From an uncultured Gammaproteobacteria bacterium (GTDB lineage Bacteria; Pseudomonadota; Gammaproteobacteria; CAZYYU01): a stretch of DNA of 64,000 nucleotides. Made by a program: the position numbers and the translations under genes. Of this stretch, positions 38,503 to 47,445 are shown piece by piece (position 1 is the first letter of the stretch; every line of letters begins with the position of its first letter). The stretch is taken from the NCBI GenBank assembly GCA_964651735.1, contig CAZYYU010000004.1:141687-205686 (forward strand). Reading direction: 5' to 3'. Below the pieces are notes generated by a model, which was not told where the DNA came from, did no database searches, and saw only the letters and a list, made by a program, of their open reading frames with translations.

Positions 38503-39923
38503 AAATCCGCCTTTTGCTTTTAGCAATTATTGTATCCTCACAGCTAAGTGCTTGTAGTCCTATTAATGTATGGCTTGCAGATCCTCAAAAAAATGTAGTT
38601 TTGCCTGATCCTATTCCTTCAAAAAGTCGCTGGTGGAAAGCATTTAATGATCCCTTGATGAATGATTTAGCGGACGAACTCTTAAGGCAGAATATCGATA
38701 TACAAAGTGCTATTCAGCGCTTGGCTCAAGCTAGGGGAGTATTGCGATCTGATAATTCGGCTTTCTTTCCCATTATTTCAGCATTGGCGATGGGCACTCG
38801 CGGTAATACCAACACTGCAGCAACTAACACACTGGTGCAGGGTGATATCAATGCCACGTGGCAGATTGATTTATTTGGACAAATTCGTGAACAGGTAAAA
38901 GCTGATAAATATCAAGTAGAAGCCAATAAGGCTTCTGTGAAAGATGTGGCAAATTCAGTTTTAGCTCAGTTATTTACAACGATAATTAATTGGCGGCAAA
39001 CCTTGGAATATGTCAAAACTACCGCTGTTCAGTATAGAAATCAGCAGAAACTGGTGGCGCTCTATGTGACTCAATTTAAGGCAGGATTAATTGATGAGAC
39101 ATTTCTGGAGAGCGCAAAAAGAGATGCGAATATTACAGCCGCGCTACTCGCAGTCACACAGACAGGTGTTGCTTCCGCTCAATATCAAATGGAAGTATTA
39201 CTAAGGAAACCACCGGGAACACTCACTGAATTTTTAAAAAAATATGTGGCCAATTTATCTTTACCCGATCCTAAAGAAGTTGTTGAGATTAAAATTGATG
39301 TTATATGTCAGCGCCCCGATGTGCAGGCTGCAAGAGCTGCCATGTTATCTGCACAAGCGAGTTTAGCAAAAGCTGAGGCAGATCTTTGGCCAAACATCAC
39401 CTTGGGCGCACTTTACGGTGTGCAGTATGGATCAAAAGGATTGGCATTAGCTAATCCTATCTGGTCAATTTCTTCTGCAATTACAGCACCCTTGCTCAAT
39501 TTTGGTTTGTTACAAGGTAAAATTGATGTGGCCAATGCATTATCAAAGCAAGCCGCTTTAAATTATGAAAGAACCGTGCTGAATGCACTTCAAGAAGCTC
39601 AAACTCAGTTGCGCAATTATTTACTGGGCATTAATTCGGTCAACCAATTAGAACATGCCGTAAAGCATGATAAAAAAGCAGTTGAAGTGGCTTCGAAACG
39701 CTACAAGAGCGGGCTCACCAATATGATCGATTTGATGAATGCCAAAATTCAACTTGAACGCACTGAATTATTGCTTATTCAACAAAAAGCGACAACCGCG
39801 TCGGCTTACATCAGTTTGCAAAAAGCACTGAGTTTAGAGTTTTATGAGGCCTCTGAAAAAAATGTACCTCAACAAACCTTACCATATCCAACATTTCAAA
39901 AAAAGTTACCTGTCCCTATGTGA
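38499..39923 (+). CDS. Outer-membrane efflux lipoprotein (NodT/TolC family)
   Basis: Lipobox LSAC and duplicated TolC-like repeats. 474 aa. Confidence 0.85.
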   Translation: MKIRLLLLAIIVSSQLSACSPINVWLADPQKNVVLPDPIPSKSRWWKAFNDPLMNDLADELLRQNIDIQSAIQRLAQARGVLRSDNSAFFPIISALAMGTRGNTNTAATNTLVQGDINATWQIDLFGQIREQVKADKYQVEANKASVKDVANSVLAQLFTTIINWRQTLEYVKTTAVQYRNQQKLVALYVTQFKAGLIDETFLESAKRDANITAALLAVTQTGVASAQYQMEVLLRKPPGTLTEFLKKYVANLSLPDPKEVVEIKIDVICQRPDVQAARAAMLSAQASLAKAEADLWPNITLGALYGVQYGSKGLALANPIWSISSAITAPLLNFGLLQGKIDVANALSKQAALNYERTVLNALQEAQTQLRNYLLGINSVNQLEHAVKHDKKAVEVASKRYKSGLTNMIDLMNAKIQLERTELLLIQQKATTASAYISLQKALSLEFYEASEKNVPQQTLPYPTFQKKLPVPM

Positions 39924-41064
39924 GGTAGCAAAACACCATCAGTGCAGAAATACTGTAAAATATAATTTTTTTCAGATTGCTCCATTTTTTTGTGCATATT
40001 CCCAATATTGTTAAAGCAATAATTCCAGGGTATGAGATTTCAAGCGCAGGTGCTAGAAATGCTGCAATTCCTTTAAAATCCAACAATGATATTAAAAATG
40101 AGACTGATGTTGTACCCATCAATATTAAAGGAAATTTCTCATCATTAAGACGAAATAAAGTGCACAAATACCGGGCATAAATATTATTAAGCGCTACGGC
40201 TGTGGTTAAGCATGAAAATAACATCGCGATACCGATAAAGAAGGTGGCCTTAGTACCCATAACATGTTTTGCGATGGTTGGTAACATAAATTCAGGTTCA
40301 ACACTTGCTGTTAAATTCGCGTAATGTGCACCTAAATAAACAAAACCTAAATAAATAACGGCTAACATTATACCGCCTATAATGCTGGGTTTGATGGCGA
40401 ATTTTATGGTGTCCATATGACTAGCAGAAGCTGGCATAATTTTCTGAATTTGATTGAACATTAATGCTGAAAAGAAAAATGCAGCAAACAAATCCATGGT
40501 CTGATAACCTGTTAAAAATCCATTATTGAAAGCAGCGGCTCTTTGGATTTCTTGTGATGGTATTAATGGTGCAGCACTGATAACACCCGCAATAATTAGT
40601 ACAATCAGTGCAATCAGCAGTATGGGACTTAAGTATTTTCCCAATACATTAATCATACGTTGATCTTTAAGACAAAAATAAAATGAGCTTAAAGAAAAAA
40701 TAACGCTAAATATACTTAGGGGTATTTGTGGAATAAGATAGCTCATTCCTCCGTGCGCTACCGTAATGCATCGAGGAATAATGCCAAAAGATCCTAGTAA
40801 GGATAAAGTAAACAAAGGTAGAATAAATCGGGTGATAGGACCTGCTTCTCCAAAAAAACTGGAATAGTTGCCCTTATGCAACTTAATCACAAAGAGTCCT
40901 AAAAAAGGGAGAATAATACCGGTTATAAAAAGACCTATAAAACCCAATATCCAAAATTGTCCTGTACTTTGGCCAATTTTTATTGGAAAAACTAAATTTC
41001 CAGACCCAAAAAACATGGCGAATAGGGCGAAACCATAAATGAAAATTGCTTTATAACCTTGCAT
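39916..41064 (-). CDS. brnQ: Branched-chain amino acid transport system II carrier (LIVCS)
   Basis: GFALFAMFFGSGNLVFPIKIG N-terminal signature. Polytopic. At 382 aa it is shorter than typical BrnQ. Confidence 0.8.
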   Translation of the reverse strand: MQGYKAIFIYGFALFAMFFGSGNLVFPIKIGQSTGQFWILGFIGLFITGIILPFLGLFVIKLHKGNYSSFFGEAGPITRFILPLFTLSLLGSFGIIPRCITVAHGGMSYLIPQIPLSIFSVIFSLSSFYFCLKDQRMINVLGKYLSPILLIALIVLIIAGVISAAPLIPSQEIQRAAAFNNGFLTGYQTMDLFAAFFFSALMFNQIQKIMPASASHMDTIKFAIKPSIIGGIMLAVIYLGFVYLGAHYANLTASVEPEFMLPTIAKHVMGTKATFFIGIAMLFSCLTTAVALNNIYARYLCTLFRLNDEKFPLILMGTTSVSFLISLLDFKGIAAFLAPALEISYPGIIALTILGICTKKWSNLKKIIFYSISALMVFCYLT

Positions 41065-41067
41065 ATC

Positions 41068-41148
41068 GTGTCTCCGAAAGTTGTATTGTAAAAAAAGAAA
41101 ATTGTGTTTTGTTTAAAGTATGTGGCTGGTCAAGCCACGAGGAGACAC
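41068..41148 (-). promoter_or_regulatory. brnQ 5' leader with an anti-SD / SD pairing that encloses a hairpin
   Basis: mRNA sense: GTGTCTCC (41148-41141), then GTGGCT-tgacc-AGCCAC (41138-41122), then GGAGACAC (41075-41068), then gat and the ATG (41064). The second 8-mer contains the GGAG Shine-Dalgarno. Confidence 0.45.
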
Positions 41149-41259
41149 ACGAGGACTGAGACTACAAAAGAAGAAAACCCTGAATTTAAGGCAAAAAGCG
41201 ATGAGTCTCGAAGAGACAAGTGCTTGCTAAAGTTGGGATAAATATTTTTCATGAGACTA

Positions 41260-41288
41260 TTTATACCACAAAAGGTGATTGGAGACAA
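41260..41288 (-). promoter_or_regulatory. Sigma70-type promoter candidate for brnQ
   Basis: On the minus strand: TTGTCT (41288-41283), 17-nt spacer, TATAAA (41265-41260). This would give a leader of about 190 nt. Confidence 0.4.
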
Positions 41289-41302
41289 TAAGTAATTCAG
41301 CA

Positions 41303-42544
41303 TTAATCCGTGGCACCCAGGGCATTTATGGTTTCTTTTTGACCCCATTCCATATTTTTCAGGAGTACCAATGTTAAAGCGATAACGATTCCCATCACAA
41401 CAAAAATAATTGAGGCTAAGGTAAAAGGTTTTCCATCATAAAGATAACTCGTAATTCCCGTTATTCCTGCGCATAACAAATAACGTAAACTGATGATAGC
41501 AGAAGATGCAGAGCCTCTCATTTCAGGGAAAATATCCAAAGATCTTGCAAAAATAATGGGATAAAGCAGAGCAGACCCGAAACAAGAAACAATATTAGAC
41601 AGGGTAAATGCATAGGCAGAGTTACTTAAGAGCATCAGGATGCTAGCCAAGAGAATAAAACCCAGAGAAATCCAGATAGTATTGTAGACGCCTAAACGAT
41701 CAGTAATTCTGCCAGAGAAAATACTTATACAGGCGAAAGCCGCTAAAATCGCGCCTTGATGCAGTGTGTAAGCAATAATACTCAGTTTAAAACTTGTCAT
41801 ATAAATAAAGGGTGCCATGGCTACAAAGGCTAGATATCCACCATAAAGTAAATTTGGTACGACAACACTGATAATGAAAATAGGGCTCGTTAAGAGAAGT
41901 AGGTAATGACGAAGCGTCATGACAACTAATTGTAAAGCACTCGAAGTTGTGGCCTTATTTTCCTGTGGATTTGCATTTTTCGCAATAATATCTTTATGAG
42001 TCTCAGGAAGAAACTTATAGAGAACAATCCATGAAATAACACAGATAACAGCAACCACACTATAATTACCGCGCCAGCCTACAGCAGCACTGATAAAACC
42101 TCCAGTCACAGGGGCCATCGCCATGATGGTGGTAAAAAATGCATTCATAAATCCAAAAAATTTTGCCGCTTTATCAGGCGCGTACACATCCGCAATAATC
42201 GCCAATACAACTACTGCCGAAGTCGCAGCGCCAAAGCCTTGAATAAATCGTGATACCAGCAACCATTCAATAGAAGGAGAGATCACGCATCCCACTGCAC
42301 CAATGGCTAAAATCGCATTACCAATGAGCATAATTTTTCGTCGACCGTAAGATTCGGATAGTGGTCCATAAAGCAGTGAAGCTATACAAAATCCAATGAG
42401 ATTATATGTAATCGTGAGCCCAACCAATGTCTCATTCACATGAAGAGAACTCATAATATCTGGAAAGCTAGGCGCAGAGATTTCAAGCTCAATGCAGCAA
42501 GCAATTAAAGAAAACAAGATTAAACAGGTCAGTTTTGTGAACAT
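41303..42544 (-). CDS. MFS drug-resistance-type transporter (Bcr/CflA-like)
   Basis: 413 aa, 12-TM profile. GPLSESYGRRKIM motif A. Confidence 0.8.
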   Translation of the reverse strand: MFTKLTCLILFSLIACCIELEISAPSFPDIMSSLHVNETLVGLTITYNLIGFCIASLLYGPLSESYGRRKIMLIGNAILAIGAVGCVISPSIEWLLVSRFIQGFGAATSAVVVLAIIADVYAPDKAAKFFGFMNAFFTTIMAMAPVTGGFISAAVGWRGNYSVVAVICVISWIVLYKFLPETHKDIIAKNANPQENKATTSSALQLVVMTLRHYLLLLTSPIFIISVVVPNLLYGGYLAFVAMAPFIYMTSFKLSIIAYTLHQGAILAAFACISIFSGRITDRLGVYNTIWISLGFILLASILMLLSNSAYAFTLSNIVSCFGSALLYPIIFARSLDIFPEMRGSASSAIISLRYLLCAGITGITSYLYDGKPFTLASIIFVVMGIVIALTLVLLKNMEWGQKETINALGATD

Positions 42545-42636
42545 AGTAATTCTCTCTTGATTTTAGGGGATTGTAACACTTGGCGTGCAAGAGGTGAACA
42601 GGTAAAATTACGTATACCGATTGAATTAAGGTCCAT

Positions 42637-43431
42637 ATGCAAGAATTTTGTCCCGATCCAATACTCAAAAATATCGTCGAATGTTATTGGATATGTTCTA
42701 CCGATTCTGAGACAAGCCAACACCTTATTTTGGCAGATGGGTGTATTGATATCTTATTTGATGTAAATCATTTGAGTGATATCAATATTGTTGGTACATT
42801 CAGTTCGGCAAAACGTATAGAGTTGACTCCAGGGTTTAATAAAATCGGAATTAGATTCAAACCGGGTCAGTTTAGTTCCATCTGCAACTTAAATGCGGCT
42901 GAAATTAAGGATCAAGTTGTGGACATCAATCATTTTATCGATAGCTCATCCTTCATGAAAACCATTGAAGGTTTGGGTGATGCGCGTGAAGATAAAATAA
43001 GTATTTTGAATGGCTTGATAAAAAATCTCTATATTAATGATGGCCACTATCAAAAAATGTTTAAACACATCATTGAAAAAATAACTGCAGCGCCATTTTC
43101 TGAGCCCATCAGTGTGGAAAAAATAGCTAAAGACACAGGATATAGTCGTCAACATCTCAGAAGATTGTTTTTGAATTTCGTCGGTCTTCCTTTGAAAGAA
43201 TTCATCGATATTACACGTATACGACAACTTGCAGCAGCTGCCACAACAATGAACTATACCGGTTGGATGCATCTATCGCTGGGCGCAGGCTATTATGATC
43301 AATCTCATTTAACCCATCATTTTAAGAAGTATGTTGACATGACCCCCAAACAATATCATGAATCAGCTTCAAGAATGTTACATTTTTACAATACACAGAA
43401 TAAAAACAATGAGATGATACCCTCTAGCTAA
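42637..43431 (+). CDS. AraC-family transcriptional regulator
   Basis: C-terminal dual HTH (IAKDTGYSRQHLRRLF..., GYYDQSHLTHHFKKY). Divergent from the MFS gene. Confidence 0.85.
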   Translation: MQEFCPDPILKNIVECYWICSTDSETSQHLILADGCIDILFDVNHLSDINIVGTFSSAKRIELTPGFNKIGIRFKPGQFSSICNLNAAEIKDQVVDINHFIDSSSFMKTIEGLGDAREDKISILNGLIKNLYINDGHYQKMFKHIIEKITAAPFSEPISVEKIAKDTGYSRQHLRRLFLNFVGLPLKEFIDITRIRQLAAAATTMNYTGWMHLSLGAGYYDQSHLTHHFKKYVDMTPKQYHESASRMLHFYNTQNKNNEMIPSS

Positions 43432-43442
43432 AGGAGAAATTG

Positions 43443-43847
43443 ATGACTGAAGAATATATTTTAGAAGCCTTATCACCTAATTTGATGGTTGAAGATGTTA
43501 ACAAGTCTATTGAGTTTTATCAGAAATATCTGGGTTTTCAAGTGTTGGCAACGGTCCCTGAAACTGGGAACTTCGATTGGGCCATGATAATGAGAGACAA
43601 AGTTACCATCATGTTGCATTTAAAAAAGAGTATGCAATCAGAATATCCAACATTTGAGGCTAAGCCGGTTGGAGGAGCCATTGTTTTATACACAACAATA
43701 AATCACTTAGATAAACTTTATGAAGCACTTCAAGGTGAAAATTTTGTTATAAAAGAAAAGCATCAGACCTTTTATGGTATGAAAGAGTTTTCTATTAGAG
43801 ATAATGACGGTTATATTATAACCTTTGCAGAGCGGATGATCAGTTAG
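43443..43847 (+). CDS. VOC (glyoxalase/bleomycin-resistance) family protein
   Basis: NLMVEDVNKSIEFYQK..GF and C-terminal FSIRDNDGY. The track start at 43440 is TTG; an ATG follows at 43443. Confidence 0.75.
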   Translation: MTEEYILEALSPNLMVEDVNKSIEFYQKYLGFQVLATVPETGNFDWAMIMRDKVTIMLHLKKSMQSEYPTFEAKPVGGAIVLYTTINHLDKLYEALQGENFVIKEKHQTFYGMKEFSIRDNDGYIITFAERMIS

Positions 43848-43862
43848 ATATTCTAAAGTAGT

Positions 43863-44462
43863 TTAGAGTTTAATGCCTAAATCTAGCAAGCTTTTTTCAC
43901 ATGATTTGGTATCTTTGAATTGAAATGCTTGAATACCAAGGGCCAAGGCACCTTCAACATTGATCATGGTATCGTCAATAAAAAGTGATTCAGCAGCTTC
44001 AAGAGCGAATTTCTCAAGTAAATGTCTATAAATTCTTTCATCAGGTTTTAAAACACCAACATCTGCGGAAACTACTACACCTTCAAAATAATGTAAGAAA
44101 TTTGAATGAGTTTTATGGTACTCCATTATTTCTTTTACATTATCGGTAATTGAATAAAGAGCTATGCCTAAATTTTTAAGCTTTTCTAATAATTCACGAC
44201 TTCCTGGTATTGGGGTTTGTGATACTGTAAATTCGTGCATCAATTGCATTAATTGTTTTTGCGGAAACATAAACTGGTTTTGATAAATCAAAATTGCTTC
44301 ATTAATATTTAGCTTGCCTAGATTTAAATCGATCCAAGTTGGGCGTATTCGCTGGAAAAATTCTTCAGGATCATGTTCTGGAAAAACTTTAGCAATGGCA
44401 TCTAAGGGTGCCCATCGGACGATGACATTGCCTATGTCAAAGATAATGTTTTTAATGCGCAT
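43863..44462 (-). CDS. HAD-superfamily hydrolase
   Basis: IIFDIGNV (DxG variant of motif I), SITDN, FIDD. The ATG at 44462 places motif I at the N-terminus. The track start at 44504 is 14 codons longer. Confidence 0.75.
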   Translation of the reverse strand: MRIKNIIFDIGNVIVRWAPLDAIAKVFPEHDPEEFFQRIRPTWIDLNLGKLNINEAILIYQNQFMFPQKQLMQLMHEFTVSQTPIPGSRELLEKLKNLGIALYSITDNVKEIMEYHKTHSNFLHYFEGVVVSADVGVLKPDERIYRHLLEKFALEAAESLFIDDTMINVEGALALGIQAFQFKDTKSCEKSLLDLGIKL

Positions 44463-44614
44463 AATATACCCGCGTTGTTGTTCTTTGTAGGTGTTAAATG
44501 ACAATACTTTTATAGTATAACGAAAAACAATATATTAGGAGAGTTTGAATTCAATCTTTGAAAGTACCTATTTAAATCTAATAGAACTTGACTTAATTCA
44601 GGCAGTAATCTAAT

Positions 44615-45460
44615 ATGTCATTTAGGTGTCAATATTTGAAACCTAAAGGACATTTTATGTTTTCAGAATATTTAGATCAATTGAGATCATTAGGAAGGCG
44701 TTATTTTAGCTTTAAGGACATCATTAAAGACCTTAAAGTGTCAGAGAATAGTGCTAAATCTGGGATATATCGTCTTAAAAATGAGGGCAAGATTATATCC
44801 CCAGCTAAGGGGTTATATGTCATAGTGCCGCCAGAACATCAAATCCAAGGATCAATTCCAGCGGAAGAATTAGTTCCAATATTAATGAAATATATAGAAG
44901 CGGATTATTATATTTCTCTACTTTCTGGGGCCAGTTTTTATGGAGCAGCGCATCAAAAACCAGCGCGTTTTCAAATTATATCAAATAAACGCATAAAACA
45001 TCCTCTTGAATTTGGGCAAGTGAAATTGGAAATTATTTATAAAAAATCCTTAGCAAACCTTCCATTGCAAGATTTTACTGTTAACACTGGGTATCTTAAA
45101 GTAGCGAGTCCACAATTGGTTGTTTTGGACTTACTAAGCTATCCTGCCAAATCAGGTGGTCTCAATCATATTGCAACCGTTTTATCAGAGCTAATAGAAG
45201 CAATTGATGCAGATAAACTTATAGAGCTTGCTGAAATAATTGGAGAAAAAGCATGGCTACAAAGGCTTGGATTTATTTTAGAGAAAATTGAATTCATGGA
45301 TGAAGAAAAAGCAAACCAACTTATCGAGAGATTGCAAAAATATCTGACTGGGAAAATGGTGGCTTTTGTGCCTTTAGCCTCTGAGCTTTCTAACACGGGT
45401 TGTTCTCGAAATAAAAAATGGATGATAATAGAAAATACAAATATTGAGAGTGACTTATGA
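44615..45460 (+). CDS. AbiEi-family type IV antitoxin / transcriptional regulator
   Basis: N-terminal wHTH-like segment (FSFKDIIKDLKVSENSAKSGIYRLKNEGKIISPAKGLYVIVP). 4-nt ATGA overlap with the AbiEii gene. An alternative start is at 44657. Confidence 0.75.
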   Translation: MSFRCQYLKPKGHFMFSEYLDQLRSLGRRYFSFKDIIKDLKVSENSAKSGIYRLKNEGKIISPAKGLYVIVPPEHQIQGSIPAEELVPILMKYIEADYYISLLSGASFYGAAHQKPARFQIISNKRIKHPLEFGQVKLEIIYKKSLANLPLQDFTVNTGYLKVASPQLVVLDLLSYPAKSGGLNHIATVLSELIEAIDADKLIELAEIIGEKAWLQRLGFILEKIEFMDEEKANQLIERLQKYLTGKMVAFVPLASELSNTGCSRNKKWMIIENTNIESDL

Positions 45461-46248
45461 TTCCAGAAAGTTTTATAGAAAGTTGGCGTCCTCAAGCAAA
45501 ATGGCAAACACTGAGTATGGTCGAGCAAGATCTGGTGATAAGTAGGGCGCTTATTTGTCTTTATAATGATCCTACAATAAAAAATAGTCTTATATTTCGA
45601 GGTGGAACAGCATTAAATAAGCTTTTTATAAAACCACCAGCTCGTTACAGTGAGGATATTGATTTAGTTCAAACTAGACTTGAGCCAATAGGTAACACCA
45701 TTGATACTATTCGCGAGTTATTTAAACCTTGGCTTGGCGAGCCTAAACGAAAAATTACTGAACGTGGGGCCAAACTTTATTATAAGTATATCGCAATCAA
45801 TGGATTATCTGCTAAATTAAAAATTGAGATTAACACAACAGAACATTTTCAAGTATTACCTTTGAAGTTGATACCATTTTCAATCGATAATGAATGGTAC
45901 AAGGGTGATTGTGAAATTGTGACTTATGAACTTGAAGAATTGATGGCAACAAAACTTAGGGCTCTTTATCAAAGGAGAAAAGGTAGAGATTTATTTGATT
46001 TATGGCATATTTGTAAACTGGGTTTAGTTGATATAAAACAAGTAGTTGAGATTTTTAAAAAGTATTGTGCTAAAGATAGCATCGATATTTCTACGGAATT
46101 ATTTCGAAAAAATATGCTAATCAAAAAGTTAAATAAAGATTTCCAAGTTGATATGAATGTTTTGTTCTCACATCAAACTAGTTGGAATTTTGATGAAGCT
46201 TTTGAATTCGTTTTAGATGTTATTATAAGTCAGCTTGATCTTTATTGA
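45457..46248 (+). CDS. AbiEii/AbiGii-family nucleotidyltransferase toxin
   Basis: FRGGTALNKLF....RYSEDIDL is the DUF1814/AbiEii NTase signature. 263 aa. Confidence 0.85.
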   Translation: MIPESFIESWRPQAKWQTLSMVEQDLVISRALICLYNDPTIKNSLIFRGGTALNKLFIKPPARYSEDIDLVQTRLEPIGNTIDTIRELFKPWLGEPKRKITERGAKLYYKYIAINGLSAKLKIEINTTEHFQVLPLKLIPFSIDNEWYKGDCEIVTYELEELMATKLRALYQRRKGRDLFDLWHICKLGLVDIKQVVEIFKKYCAKDSIDISTELFRKNMLIKKLNKDFQVDMNVLFSHQTSWNFDEAFEFVLDVIISQLDLY

Positions 46249-46252
46249 ACAC

Positions 46253-47263
46253 TTATAAAGTCTTATGTGGCAAACTTTCAATGCGTGAGGCTTGAGAGAC
46301 TACCTGAAAATTCAATTTGCGTTGTAGTTCTCGAACCGTACTAGCACCACCATAAGTCAGACCTGAGCGTAGACCGCCAATGATGTCGGCGATGATCGTT
46401 TCCTCATCTTCTCGGTAGGGGACTTCGGTTGAGACGCCTTCGGCGGTTTTCCATTCATTCATTGTGCCCATAAAGTCTTCTTGGGCTTCTCGGCTGGCCA
46501 TACCACGGTACATTTTTACCTTTTGGCCTTTTTCATTGATGATGACTTTGCCGGGAGTAGGGCGAGTGCCGGCGAGCATGCCGCCTAACATGACATAATC
46601 AGCGCCGAAGGCGAGGGCTTTGACGATGTCTCCGGCAGTACGAATTCCACCGTCAGCGACGATGGAACGATCTGTACGTGCACAGTCTCTGATGCAGGTT
46701 AACATGGGCACACCAAAACCGGTTTTAATACGAGTGCTGCAAACAGAGCCTCCACCGATGCCCGCTTTAATAATATCCGCGCCACAAGAGGCCAAATAAT
46801 CTGCACCGGCATAAGTGGCGACATTTCCTGCCATAATGCAGCAATTTTTGAGTACGTGTCGAATTTCTTTGATCATTTGTCCTACGTATCTGGCGTGGGC
46901 GTGAGCCACATCGATACAAAAATAGTCTGCGCCGGCGTCTCTCAGCGCTTCTGCTCGAAGGATATCTTGTTTATTGCACCCGATAGAGACAAAAACTGGA
47001 GTCTTACACTTTTGGAATTCAGCAATATTTTCCTCAACACTCATAAAACGGTGTAAGGCCCCAATTCCACCTTTTTCTCCGATAAAATTTGCCATTTCTG
47101 ATTCGGTAACGGTGTCCATATTTGATGTCATGACGGGAAGTTTCAGGCTCAGTTTCTTGGTTTTATCAGTAACTGAAATATCGACTAAACGTCGGGATTC
47201 GTAATGATTATAAGCGGGGATCATTAAGACATCGTCAAAAGTGATGGCGTTTCCATTAAACAT
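46253..47263 (-). CDS. guaC: GMP reductase
   Basis: IMPDH/GMPR barrel without a CBS insert. Collinear with my recollection of E. coli GuaC ([35 protein letters not shown]). The track start is TTG at 47278. The ATG at 47263 has GGAG 7 nt upstream. Confidence 0.8.
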   Translation of the reverse strand: MFNGNAITFDDVLMIPAYNHYESRRLVDISVTDKTKKLSLKLPVMTSNMDTVTESEMANFIGEKGGIGALHRFMSVEENIAEFQKCKTPVFVSIGCNKQDILRAEALRDAGADYFCIDVAHAHARYVGQMIKEIRHVLKNCCIMAGNVATYAGADYLASCGADIIKAGIGGGSVCSTRIKTGFGVPMLTCIRDCARTDRSIVADGGIRTAGDIVKALAFGADYVMLGGMLAGTRPTPGKVIINEKGQKVKMYRGMASREAQEDFMGTMNEWKTAEGVSTEVPYREDEETIIADIIGGLRSGLTYGGASTVRELQRKLNFQVVSQASRIESLPHKTL

Positions 47264-47445
47264 GTGTTGCTCCGGCAATTGGTGGGATAATTTTGTGATT
47301 ATAAAGCCCTAAGAGGAGAAGGCAAGTAGAGCAAGTGCATATGAAAGATGGAAGGGTGAATTGGGCTCTTGGTTATTTGATATAATCTGCTGTTTTTGAT
47401 ATATTGTTTAATGACTTTATATAATGAATTCCTTATAGAGAAACA

